64,000 nt of DNA. It comes from Utricularia gibba (Eukaryota; Plantae; Magnoliophyta). The stretch's first letter is position 1, and each line of letters starts with the position of its first letter. The stretch spans positions 434,001 to 498,000 of the forward strand of contig CM007990.1 of NCBI GenBank assembly GCA_002189035.1. Reading direction: 5' to 3'. Under the pieces are notes generated by a model. It ran no database searches and was not told where the DNA came from. It saw only the letters and a list, made by a program, of their open reading frames with translations. The position numbers and the translations under genes are program-made. Positions 1 through 11,361 of the stretch are shown here, piece after piece.

Positions 1-1
1 T

Positions 2-3000
2 TTGGATGGACTTGAGGTTGAGTTGGACGAAGAGAGGGAGGAGTCGTCGGATGATTTTGAGGAGCCTAGGCGGAAAGCTAAGAAAAACAGGGCTACTGAG
101 GGTGCATCAACGTCGGGAGCAGTTGGGCGTAGAAGTAGCCTGAGTTTGATAGGTTGGTCGTTTTTCTATATTTTGGTACCTGGAATTTTTCTGTGTATGT
201 GGAGGGCTGATCTTGTTAACTCATCCCTGAATGAGAAGAATGGATGTGTTACTGGTCTAACCATTAGATGCAGTTTTTGCCTGTAAAGAATGAATTTATC
301 GTTCTATCTTGATTTTGTGATCTTGATGGCATATATTGATCGAAAAATTCATCTCCTCCTCAGTTGAGGTCTCCAAGATTTCATTAAGATTTTGCATTTG
401 TTAAAATCCTGTTGGTTTCGTAATTATTCATTCATAGTTCATTAATTCCATCTTTCACATTCAAACTCATGTCCTTTTCTTCAGATGTCATTAAGGGTGA
501 TGCGAAAATGATTCCCAATGTAGTCAAATTTTGGGTTGAAAAGTATGAGAGAAGTCGAAACTCTGCGATGGCTGAACTCTTGACTTTGCTTTTTCAGGTT
601 GGCATGCTGGTTTTAATAATTTTTATGTAAGCGTAATTTTATTTGATGTTGCTTCCATAATATTGCTATCTTGCAGGCATGTGGAGCAGATTATTTTCTT
701 CAAGAAAATGATGTCGATAAAACTGATGTGGATGATGCTGTAGTTCAGCTTGTAAATATTGCCAAGGCAGTATCCTTTTTTTGAAAACAATGCTCATTTT
801 CAGTAGTTGAATGTGCAAGCATTTCATAGAATTTTGATGCAGTCTATTCAAAAGAACACAGTTGAAATTTCTTAACACTGATTTAGGGTGATATTGAAGA
901 TTTTCAAAATTCTAAAAGGGATCTCAAGCATTTCAAAGAAAATTTGCTGTCTTTCATAGATAACGTGGTTGGGGAATGTCAGGATGGACCGTTATTTGAA
1001 AAGGATGAGCCACTCTTTGATCGGTGCATAGACTACATCATTGCCTTGTCGTGGTAAGTTCCTTCATTTCTATAACTAGGAGTGTACTTTTCTGAGATAT
1101 CTAGCAGTTTGTTGTCATATATTAGTTTCTTCTTTACAGTACTCCTCCTAGATTCTATCGTCAAATAGCCACACTTATGGGACTTCAGTTTGTCTCATCC
1201 TTTATAAATGTTGCGAATAAGCTTGGTTCGCTGAGAGAAACTACTCAGCGGCAGCTAAATGCTGAAAAAAAGAAAAATGCTGAAGGACCAGGTATTGAAT
1301 CACTAAATAAAAGGCTGTCAATGGCACACGAGAAAATTACAATTATGGAAGACATGATGCGAAAAATATTTACTGGGTATGCTTATTGGCAGTTGTTCAA
1401 TTCAGTTTGGCTAATTGCATCTTTATAATGTGTCTAATACATTTTGTATGGTGAATTTTAGGTTATTTGTACATCGTTATCGAGACATTGACCCAGATAT
1501 CCGGATGTCATGTATAGACTCACTTGGAAAGTGGATACTTGAGTACCCTTCTCTCTTCTTGCGGGACTTGTATCTGAAGTACCTGGGCTGGACATTAAAT
1601 GATAAAGTAATTATTAGATGATGATTTGAGAATCCAGGAGTGAGAAATTAAGTTACCTGTAGCTAATATCTGCATCATTTCGTTCTATTTTGGCATGCAG
1701 AATCCTGGAGTTAGAAAGACGTCTATTCTGGCATTGCAAAGCCTGTATGAGGTGGATGATAATGTACCTTCTCTTAATCATTTCACTGAGAGGTTTTCTA
1801 AAAGAATGGTAGAACTAGCTGATGACATTGACATTTCTGTGGCTGTCTGCGCTATAGGCCTTGTTAAACAGTTACTCAGGTATGTGGTAGCAGAAAAATC
1901 TCTTTTGTTTGGCATTTATGAAATTGGCCCATGGAATTTCATGATTTTATCTTTTTTTTTTGTTTCTTTTACATGATGCAGACATAGACTTGTTCTGGAT
2001 GAAGATTTAGGTTCTTTGTATGACTTATTGATTGATGACCCTCCAGATGTTAGGCGTGCCATTGGAGGATTGGTGTATGATCATTTGATTGCTCAGAAAT
2101 TTAATGATTCAAGAACTCGGCCCACAGGTTTGTTTTGTGTTTTTGTCAATGTGCACACCTTATCTAAATACTGACTGAATTTGGCATTCTTCATCCTGTT
2201 TCTAGGAACTGATTCTGAACCTTCGGAGGTATATATAAATAGAATGCTGAAGATACTAAGAGAATTTTCAGCTGATCCCATACTGAGCTCCTATGTCATT
2301 GATGATATTTGGGATTACATGAAGGCCATGAAAGTATGCAACTTGCTTTGTCTTCAGACGTTTTTTTGTGTGTGTGTGTGTGTTTTTTTTTTTTTTTGCC
2401 TGATCTTATGATTTTATGCATTATTCAGGGCATGATAATGGTGCTGAAGTATTTTTCTTCGATATGTAGTCACTTCATTCACTTGCTCTCATTTCTGTTT
2501 TGGTCTCTTTGTGCATCTGCAATTCTAGGATTGGAAGTGCATTATTCAAATGATATTGGAAGATAACCCATCAGCTGAGCTTGATGATATGGATGCTACA
2601 AACCTGATCAGGCTCTTCATTGCATCAGCGAGGAAGGCAGTTGGTGAAAGGATTGTCCCTGCAACTGATAACAGACATCCACATCAAACAAAGGCTCAGA
2701 AGGTGATATTCGTTTCGATTATTATCATTTGTAATGTTTCTTGAAACATTCTTGTCACCACAAAATTTTCTATCTCGTGCCCATTGAATCATGATTCTCC
2801 TTTTCATAATCTTCGTTTCTTAATATTTATAGGAAATGTTTGAGAACAGCAAGCGTGAGATCACAGCCGCCATGATGAAGAATTATCCTCTACTCTTACG
2901 CAAATTTATCTCTGACAAGGACAAAGTAGGACATTTGATTGAAATTATGGTCCACATGAACCTAGAGCTGTACTCTCTCAAGCGTCAAGAACAGGTAAGT

Positions 3001-5779
3001 TAGTTGATTGAGATCAGTTTTTTAGTATTTTCTATCATGGGTATTACATTGTATGTCTTTGGCCACATTTCATTTTTCAGAATTTCAAGACTACTCTGAA
3101 ACTTATCCGAGATGTGTTCTTTAAGCATGGAGAGAAGGATGCTTTAAGATCATGTGTGAAGGCAATACGATTCTGTGCAACTAATAGCCTTGGGGAATTG
3201 CAAGATTTTGCCTCAAATCAGGTCAAGGAGCTTCAGGATGAGTTAATTCGCAAATTGAGATCTGCCATTAAAGATGTTCAGGTATATTCATTCATATGTA
3301 CACTGCAGGTATAATCCGTTGAAAATTGATATGCCCTATTTTTTTGGCAGAATGGTGGTGATGAATATTCGTTGCTCGTGAATCTGAAAAGGTTATATGA
3401 GCTTCAGTTATCATGCAGTGTACCTGTGGAAAACATGTACCATGATTTTGCAGACATTCTAAAAAATCATAGTAGCATTGACGACGAGGTAGATCTTCAA
3501 GTCCTCACATGTTTTTGTCCCTTTGTTTTCAACTCTGTTGTCTTCACTGATGATGAGTGTATTTTCATGATCCAGGTTGCTGCCTTTTTGCTTCTCAATA
3601 TGTTTCTACATGTTTCTTGGTCCCTGCACTCTGTTCTATCCAGTAATACGGTTTCAGAGGCATCTTTGTCGTCTCTTGTAGAGAAGCGTGATAGCCTGCT
3701 GCAACAGCTTCAGTATTTTCTTGATGACCCTAGACTTCACGTTGACAGTGGATCCAATGCGCTGCTGGCATACAGAGTACGAAGATTATGCCAAATGGCC
3801 TATTGTCAACTATGCCTTTCCTATAATACACAAATGTTCTGCTTGGGTGTATTTAACCTTGACTGTGTTGGGTTCTAACTCTGCCTAATTTGATGTCCTA
3901 ATAGGTGTGTGGAATACTTGCCGACACTTGGTGTTTGTTCAGAAGGTCTAAGTTTGCTTCAACAAAGCTGGATGCATTAGGCTACAGCCCAGATAAATCC
4001 GTGATTAAGAAGTACTGGAACGTGTGCCAGCCATTAACCGCTGTTTCTGGTAAGAGCTGCTGTTATTGTATTTCTTTCCCTCTGACATGTTTAATTAAGG
4101 AAGATTATAGCATCCCTGCGAATGGTACATCCTGTGAAATTTTTCAGGCTGCCTTGAATCTTTTGTGAATAACTTACTGGAACTTTTAATTTATGTTGGA
4201 AGTAATGGTCATTTCTAATTTTTGGCTGTTTCCATATTTCAAGATGATGAAGAAGACGAGAAAGGAAATAGAGAGTACGTGGAGGACACCAATGCAGATA
4301 CCATCATGTTTTGTTTGGCCAAGTTGGTGGCCACTGATTCAGTCCCCAAGGTAGTATATTTTGATCTCACTTCAGTCGGTTTTCTTTTTTTCGTCATTAA
4401 GATATTTTTGTGATCCCTATGATTTTTTGCTCTTTGTGGATGCGACTTGAAGTCAACTGCTCGTTATGAAGAAGAAATAAATGCTATGTCGTAGTTTCTG
4501 TTTGTCATAATGTGCATAATTTCATTAAGCATTCTTGTTCCATGAAGCTCAGCATGCTCCTTTAATCGCAGGAGCATCTTGCCCCCGAGATTGTTGCCGG
4601 TTTTGTCAAGTACGGACCAAGTGTTGGTGAGATTGTTAAGAATATGCTTACCGCCTTGAAGAAGAAAGGAGATATATCAGCTATTCTTCTAGAATCCTTG
4701 AAGCAGGTTGGACTGCTAGATGTGGATTGTTTTATGGGTGCCTTCTTTTACTGTTATATGTGCAAGTGGTTGTGTTATCTGATATACATTAATCCAGGTT
4801 CATCAAAATCATCTGCTTGTGACCTCTCATGGGAAAGGCGAATCATTGTCAAAAAAGTCTATCAAGGAATGTAAAGATCTTGCAATTCGGCTTTCTGGGA
4901 TGTATGCTGGTGCTGCTCGAAACAAGTACAGATCTGAAATTTTGAACATTGTTAAAGGAGGTATAAATTACGCATTTGTGGATGCTCCAAAACGGCTGTC
5001 TTTCCTGGATGCTGTGCTGCAGCATTTTGCAACCAAACTCCCCGCATCCGACATGAGTGATATGTAAGTTCACACAATCAATCTCCATATACACTCAAAG
5101 CATCAAATATACTCTTTCTGTTTTCTTATGAACCGCAGAATCAACCTCCATATGCACTTGATCATCAAATTTCCTAATTCATGTTTGCTTATGGCCTGCT
5201 ATTGTGGCCTGCAAATTAGAGGGGTGCTGCGCAGAATGCTTGCTCAAATTACAGTAGCTTCTGTTTGGCATGTTATGTTCTTGATACTGAATTTTCCTTT
5301 TTCTTGTCATTCAGTATGAATGGAGTTAAGGGAAGAATTGTGAATTTGAATACTGACAAGGACCCCGGTGCCTGGCGTCCCTACCACACATTCCTAGAAA
5401 CTCTTCGTGAGAAGGAAGGTGCCAAAGGTAAAGCCCAAAATCACTTCATCCGACTTCTATACGCTGCATGGTCTCATTATTGAAATCAATCGTTATATGC
5501 TCTCATCGTTTTGTTCTTACTCCGATCTGGGTCACTGCAGATGCCAAAGAAGTCGCGGCTGTCCGGCGCCGTGGTCGTCCTCGTAAGGTCCAGAACGTGC
5601 AAGGGAAGCGACTCTTTGATGAGCAAAATTCAAGTGGAGAAGAAGATTCCATAAGTGGGTCTGAGCAGGACCATCTCAAACATGAAGACGAAGACGATGA
5701 TAATCCTTCGATACAGTCGCTGAGAGCGTCATCCAAATCAAAATCATCAAGGTCATCAAAGGACGACAAGAGGATCTGA
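2..5779 (+). CDS. SCC3: Sister-chromatid cohesion protein 3 (SCC3/STAG), multi-exon; start probably upstream of the window
   Basis: Spliced exons give FVHRYRDIDPDIRMSCIDSLGKWILEYPSLFLRDLYLKYLGWTLNDK, FFKHGEKDALRSCVKAI, LLVNLKRLYELQL and the C-terminal VRRRGRPRK...KRLFDEQ, as in plant SCC3. Introns are GT-AG. Stop TGA is at 5777-5779. Confidence 0.97.
770..886 (+). other. U12-type (minor spliceosome) GT-AG intron in SCC3
   Basis: Donor GTATCCTTTT at 770, branch TTCTTAAC at 869-876 and AG at 885-886. Removing it joins NIAKA|GDIEDF in frame. Confidence 0.88.
2361..2397. repeat. Compound T7-(GT)n-T15 microsatellite in an SCC3 intron
   Basis: Directly visible: tttttttgtgtgtgtgtgtgtgttttttttttttttt. 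Confidence 0.9.
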
Positions 5780-6631
5780 CACACCCTCGGTAATGATCAT
5801 TTCTGCCACTTAACAGTCACCTTTTTCCATGATCTCATAACCTCCTTTTTTGCACCTTCCATTGCAGGCGAAGTCAACCACCCACGCTGCTCCCATTCTC
5901 CAGCCGGTTTAGTATCATGGAGTCTTTCAGATGTCTAAAAGGTTGGATTTTTATAGATTTCCCTTACATCAATATCATGGTGTATTAACGTGTAGCAACT
6001 AGTAGCCACCATGGCGATGGATGTATAAAGTGCACCAAAGGATCCATCCGCTTTCGCATTTATATCCGGCGAGTACCATCCGCCCAACCATTCAATGCTC
6101 ATTCGTGCTTGAATCCAGTAGATGTTGCTCCGGACATTTATTGTCTCCCGGAGCATGCATTTAATAAGGCTTGTCTTAGAGCAGACAGCCCCGACAAGAT
6201 TAGAAAGAAATATATCGAAAACCCGCTATTAAGTAGGCAACACAACAGATGAACCAAAAAAGAAATGGGGATGCAGGTACTTGGCGCTTCCACCATTCAT
6301 CACTTACTACTAGAAAGAAGATGAATTTCCTTCAAATGGGGATGCAGTGAAGAGGAGGAAAGGACATTCCCTTGTTAATACAGGTTAGTGTGCTGCTTGA
6401 TCACACCTTTACTGTGTGTTTTTATTGTAATGTTGGTGATTAATATAAGATGCACTTCAAAGCAGGGTGTTTACAAGAAGAGATCAGGGACACCAACAGA
6501 TGACTAGATGGGTGCAATTATTCAAAGTGTGGCCCTTTCCTTTGCCCCCATGATCTTGGAATAATTTTAGGATTATTTGGTTTTTTTTTTCTGAAAAGAA
6601 GGGTATAATGATGTTCCCATTTTACCCTTAT

Positions 6632-7815
6632 CTACAAGGTGCATTCTTGGGTAGGCCTTGATTTCTGAGACCCGGCTTTGAAAGGGCAGGGGGTCTCCAG
6701 TGGCGGAACCATGCAGTTGTACTGTAGACACACCGAGGTGCTCTGTGGAATCTCCACCGTCGGGTTGATCTGGATCCCCGTCAGATAGTTGTGCTGCAGA
6801 TACAGAACCTGTATGCTTGCCGATAGGATCCTGTCCACGAAGCAACCGGGGACCTGCCCGGAGAATCGGTTGTTGTTCAGGTACAGAACCGGGACCGTTG
6901 AGAACGAGGGCGGTATATCGCCGGAGAGGCGGTTGAAGCTGAGATCGAGGGTCTGGATTTTCACCGGGCTGCCGGTGGGTTGTACGTGGCCGGAGAGCTG
7001 GTTCCTCTGCAGTTGAAGCGTGGTGATGGGGAAGGTGAATAGAATTCCCGGGATCGCGCCGACGAAACGGTTCGCGCTGAGGTCGACGTAGTTTAACTGG
7101 TTTAATGTGGAAATCACGCGGGCGATTGGACCGGAGAGGCGATTTGCGGACAGCGAGAGGTGTTGGAGAGATGAGGGGAGGCCTTGGCGGGGAGCCACCC
7201 GTACAGCTGGTTCTGATTCAAATCCAACCGGGTTAGTTTCTGTGATATCAGCGGCGGGATTGTACCGGTGAGGTGGTTGTGGCAGAGTATGAGGTTTGTT
7301 AGCGCCGGCAGTGTTCCGATCGAAGCAGGGATGGTGCCATTAAGCTGATTGTAACTGAGGTCCAGAGTTTCCAGGCCTTGAAGTGTTCCCAGGTTTTGGG
7401 GAATCTCACCGGAGATAAAATTGCGACTGACAGCTAAAAACTTGAGCGATTTCAATTCCGTGACGTTCTGCGGCAGACGGCCCATTATCCGTCCCGGGAC
7501 GACGGTGAACTCCTCCAGAGCGGTGAGCTTCCCGATGGCAGGATCGAGTCTGCCCATCAACCCAGGGGATCCGGCGCGGGGATCGCCGAGGTTAAGGGCG
7601 CTGACTCTGTCTCCGACACAGTAAACCCCGGCAAAGTTACATGGGTCGGAGGTAAAATCCCATGAAGCGAAGTAGTTGGAGCCAGGCATATCCTTCAAGC
7701 TCTTTCTGATGGATTGCAGGGCCAGGAAATCATTGGGGTCGAGCATGGCCTGGGAGACCACTGCGAAATTCCAAAAGAAAACGAAGATGCAGCAGCAAGA
7801 GCTCCATCTCTCCAT
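6632..7815 (-). CDS. Secreted leucine-rich-repeat protein (no TM or kinase domain), intronless, interrupted by a -1 frameshift near 7184
   Basis: Signal peptide MERWSSCCCIFVFFWNFAVVSQA, LRR N-cap (DFLALQSIRKSL...WDFTSDPCNFAGVYC) and plant LxLSxNxLSGxIP repeats continuing from ORF 7114-7866 into ORF 6632-7198. Confidence 0.92.
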
Positions 7816-8755
7816 CGGAGGAATGAATTTGAAGGGAACGCAGGGGAGGTGGCGATGTGTATGCATATATATATATGTGCAGGATGGTGAAGAAGCTTTA
7901 ACGTGAAGCTTTAATGGAGACAGCCATCAACAGCTGTAGAGTGGCGTAATCATAGAGCCCCCGAAAAGATAGATAGACGTATAAATTTGGCTTCACAGGA
8001 AAGCAATCAAGAAAACTGAAGCCTTATTGATGGTCTTTAGTGCGTGCAGGAGGAGATGGGCCGATGCTTGATGAATAGCCATAGTGGGAAAGGGGGCTGC
8101 CTGTCTCGTGGACCCTGCTGCTCATCAGGCCCCGGTAGGTGGTTTGGTCATTGGAAGGAGTGGGGGCTCCCGTACCTTGCTCCGTCATATTCGGGTATAT
8201 CTCTTCTTCTTCTTATTCTTCTCCTCCTAAACAACAGTTACCATTCCCATTTCTCGCCTTCTCAGGATTGGAAGGATTCCATTTGAGCAGACCAATTACA
8301 AAGCGGCAACGATGACACTCATTCCATCTGACAGGGGGGTTTTGATTGTCATCACCTTAATCCCCCATCCTACATGTCCAGCCTTGCTACTGAGTGAAGC
8401 ATCCCATAATAAGAATCAATAAATGCACTGTTGACGTGGCGTTCTCTGCCTTTTGACCTTTGTCGGGATGGGGAAGCTTCCGCCCGGGCCCCGGCGCAGA
8501 CAATTCCGGCACCCCTCCTCGGTTAGTATAGTTTTCATCATGTGTTTCTGTATTTTTGTCTTCCTCCTATTCCCATTATGCCATCTATCTTCATTCTTGA
8601 AAAGTTGATTTTGCTGAGTTTTGGGGTTTTGGTAGCTCAATGTGGGCATTGGATGAATCGGGTTCATTGATACCCATCATTCAATCCCAAAATCTAGCTC
8701 TCATGTTAGATCCTATGCAAAAAAAGTGTCTTGATAATGCATAAATGTTGTGAGC

Positions 8756-9381
8756 ATGATCAAACACATGGTGGAGGCGGAGAGCATTAGTTATTAATCT
8801 CTATTATTGCAGCGCTGGGCCATGGACAAGGGTATAGAATAGTAATGGCATGACCTCCCTTATTTAATTCCCGGGGTGCTCTCTTACAACTGGTGTTAGT
8901 GTTTATGGAGCATGTCCGTTTTAGTACATTATAATTGGAATGTTAGGTGTGCACTAATAGTTGCACTAAAAGGTCATTTTCCGCACACTGATCATCATTA
9001 TCCCCTCTTTATAACAATTACCATTTCACATCGGATTATTTGTTTAATTAAAAATTATGATTTCTTGTCTGAAAGTTCTTTATTTAAATTACATGATTCT
9101 GTAGTTTATATTATATTTTACAATACTATGTTTCACTATGCCATCAACAAAGCAGGTGTAAGAGTGAGGGCCCCCGGCTCTCTTTCTTACATGACAACAA
9201 AATCACATTAAGAAGGATGGTGGACGAGGAAGAGCCTACCTGTCCTAACACATCATCTTCAAGCAGCAGCAGCAGCAACCAGACACTGCAGCTCTGCTTC
9301 AATTATTTTGAAGCAGTCCCCTACAAAAAACTTCATGAGCTGCCCTCTTCGTACGTGGATGATTCCTCGCAAATCGAATAG
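8756..9381 (+). CDS. Candidate 2-exon small (possibly secreted) protein of unknown family
   Basis: Open 75-codon exon 9156-9381 (CKSEGPRLSFLHDNKITLRRMVDEEEPTCPNTSSSSSSSNQTLQLCFNYFEAVPYKKLHELPSSYVDDSSQIE). A phase-compatible upstream hydrophobic segment LLISIIAALGHGQG|gtatag ends at 8831, but it has no in-frame ATG unless one base is added. Confidence 0.3.
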
Positions 9382-9801
9382 TCGATATGGTGCGCATTAA
9401 GACACTTTACACTCGTTCGTTGTCGCATGGTTCCGTGCTGCTATGATGTGTCACTACTATCATATCGTATAGCATCCTCCTCCATCACTCATGATGTCGT
9501 TCTATGTTAGTGGATTGGATGGAGAAAATCTTGTTATTTACCCTTTTTTCTCGTTCGGTTTGGGCCCCTTTTACGGCCCATTAACAGATTTGGCCCATGT
9601 GATGCTGCGCGTGGAAAGCACGCAGATTCTCTGTTATCCAGTTGTAGCAAGGTGTTGGAGTTTTTTTTATCAGAGTGACCACTAGGGCGATCTGCATGAA
9701 CAAAAGATGATATAGTCTCCTGCATCCAAAAATAGTGAAGCTCCTCATTTGGTTGTTGATGGAAATGCGCCTTCTTCCTGCATGGAACTCCAAAACACCA
9801 C

Positions 9802-11361
9802 TCATAAGAACAAACAACATGAATGGGGCTGATATGCGGAAGGAATTTCTGGAACAGTCAGTGATGAGAATATTGCATGTCGGAGGATGAAGAAGATGCT
9901 GACCTTGTAGGTAAACCCCTTCAATGGATTCTCATGTAATCCTTCAGAAAAAACTGTAGGCATGACTATGAGGCCTCTGCTTTGGAGCAGCTCATAAGCT
10001 GCTGACGGATCGACACTAATCAATCTCCCTAGTGTTTCTTCTACTGGCCCTTCAAGCATTTGTTCATGGACAATATAATGGCCAAGCCCCTGAAAGTTGA
10101 AAAACAGCAATTTTGATATTCATATGCGGGATGATGATATCTTTAACAATGGTACTGCAGATGAAGTTGAGTCATGTACCTCTAGGAATAACACAGAGCT
10201 AGAAGTGGGTTCGCCACCTAATCTTCTTTGACTGAGATCCTAAAAGACATATAGCATCTCTAATACTTGTAAGCATGTGCGCTAAAGCTAATAGAATGGG
10301 TGAGAGTGAAAAAAAATATAATAAAAACAATCCTCCCAATGCAGAGTAGTAGGGGAAATAGTTTCCGAGTCCAAAAGCATCACTGATGCTACCTTCATTT
10401 GGCACTGCAACTTCTTCACGTAGTCAATGACGTGATCCAGAAATGCTTCTCTATCAACCTGTAATCATACTTTTCCTCATTCAAAGAATGAAAGCTGTGT
10501 TTTGGGTGAATTTGTGCAGTCTTACCATTTGTGAATGAGGCACTACTTCTTGTAAAGCTCTAAGTGCATGCGATAATCTCATTCTGCGAGACTAAACAAA
10601 ATCGAAGAAACATCTGAGATGCATGAAAATGAAAGGGAAAACTCTCTAACCCATTAAGACAGGAAAACGCCTGGTGATTCACAAGAGAATATGCATACAC
10701 GGTCACTAGCATATGCTTTCTCCCTCGATCTCTTCCTTCTAGAATCAGAAGTGTGATGTGTTTTAGCAGGACCTGATCTTAAATAAGCTTGAGGAGCATA
10801 ACTGCTATCCGAACTCCACACTTGTTTCTGTGAACAAGTATTCCTATGAGGGAGGCGTATGGAGGCTTAATTTTAAAAAGGGCCACGGTACAAACTTGAC
10901 CTGAACTCCCACTTGATCTTCCGAGTTTGCAAATTGACTCGCAGAATTTCCCTCAAAATGCAAGCTCACATATGGTTCCTGCTAGAACCAACTACAAAAT
11001 CACATTTCACATATAAAATCGAATCATCAGTCATCAATGCAAAAGTAGCCGGCTATACCAACTGAGAATGTTCTGAAATGAATCCTTGGTTTTGCGGCTG
11101 CATGCTATAATGCATTTGCTCCTTGGGTTCAGAGTATCCCTTTTCACTAAGGAACTGCAAATAATTGTGAGGATTCTCCTGGAAATGTTCCCACTGAGTT
11201 GTTAGAACCGGCATTTCATAAGTGCCACTACTTTCAAGAACCGTGACATCTTGCTGCTCGTCATTGATGCCACCAAGAAACTCATAAGCATTCTCTGATA
11301 TCCTCCCATTAAAAGTCACCGGGAAAAAATGCGAGTTCCTTCTAAAATCGTGTTCCTCCAT
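9802..11361 (-). CDS. bHLH transcription factor with LRL/UNE12-like C-terminal motif, multi-exon; exact 3' end uncertain
   Basis: Phase-0 exons give EKAYASDR|SRRMRLSHALRALQEVVPHSQM|VDREAFLDHVIDYVKKLQCQMK|DLSQRRLGGEP...|GLGHYIVHEQML...AAYELLQSRGLIVMP. Confidence 0.88.

Noticed and set aside
5070-5170. Imperfect 33-nt duplication in an SCC3 intron
   Set aside because: A degenerate local duplication with no functional signal.
8044-8667. Short ORFs and splice-like signals on both strands upstream of the LRR gene
   Set aside because: No consistent gene model or known motif could be assembled.
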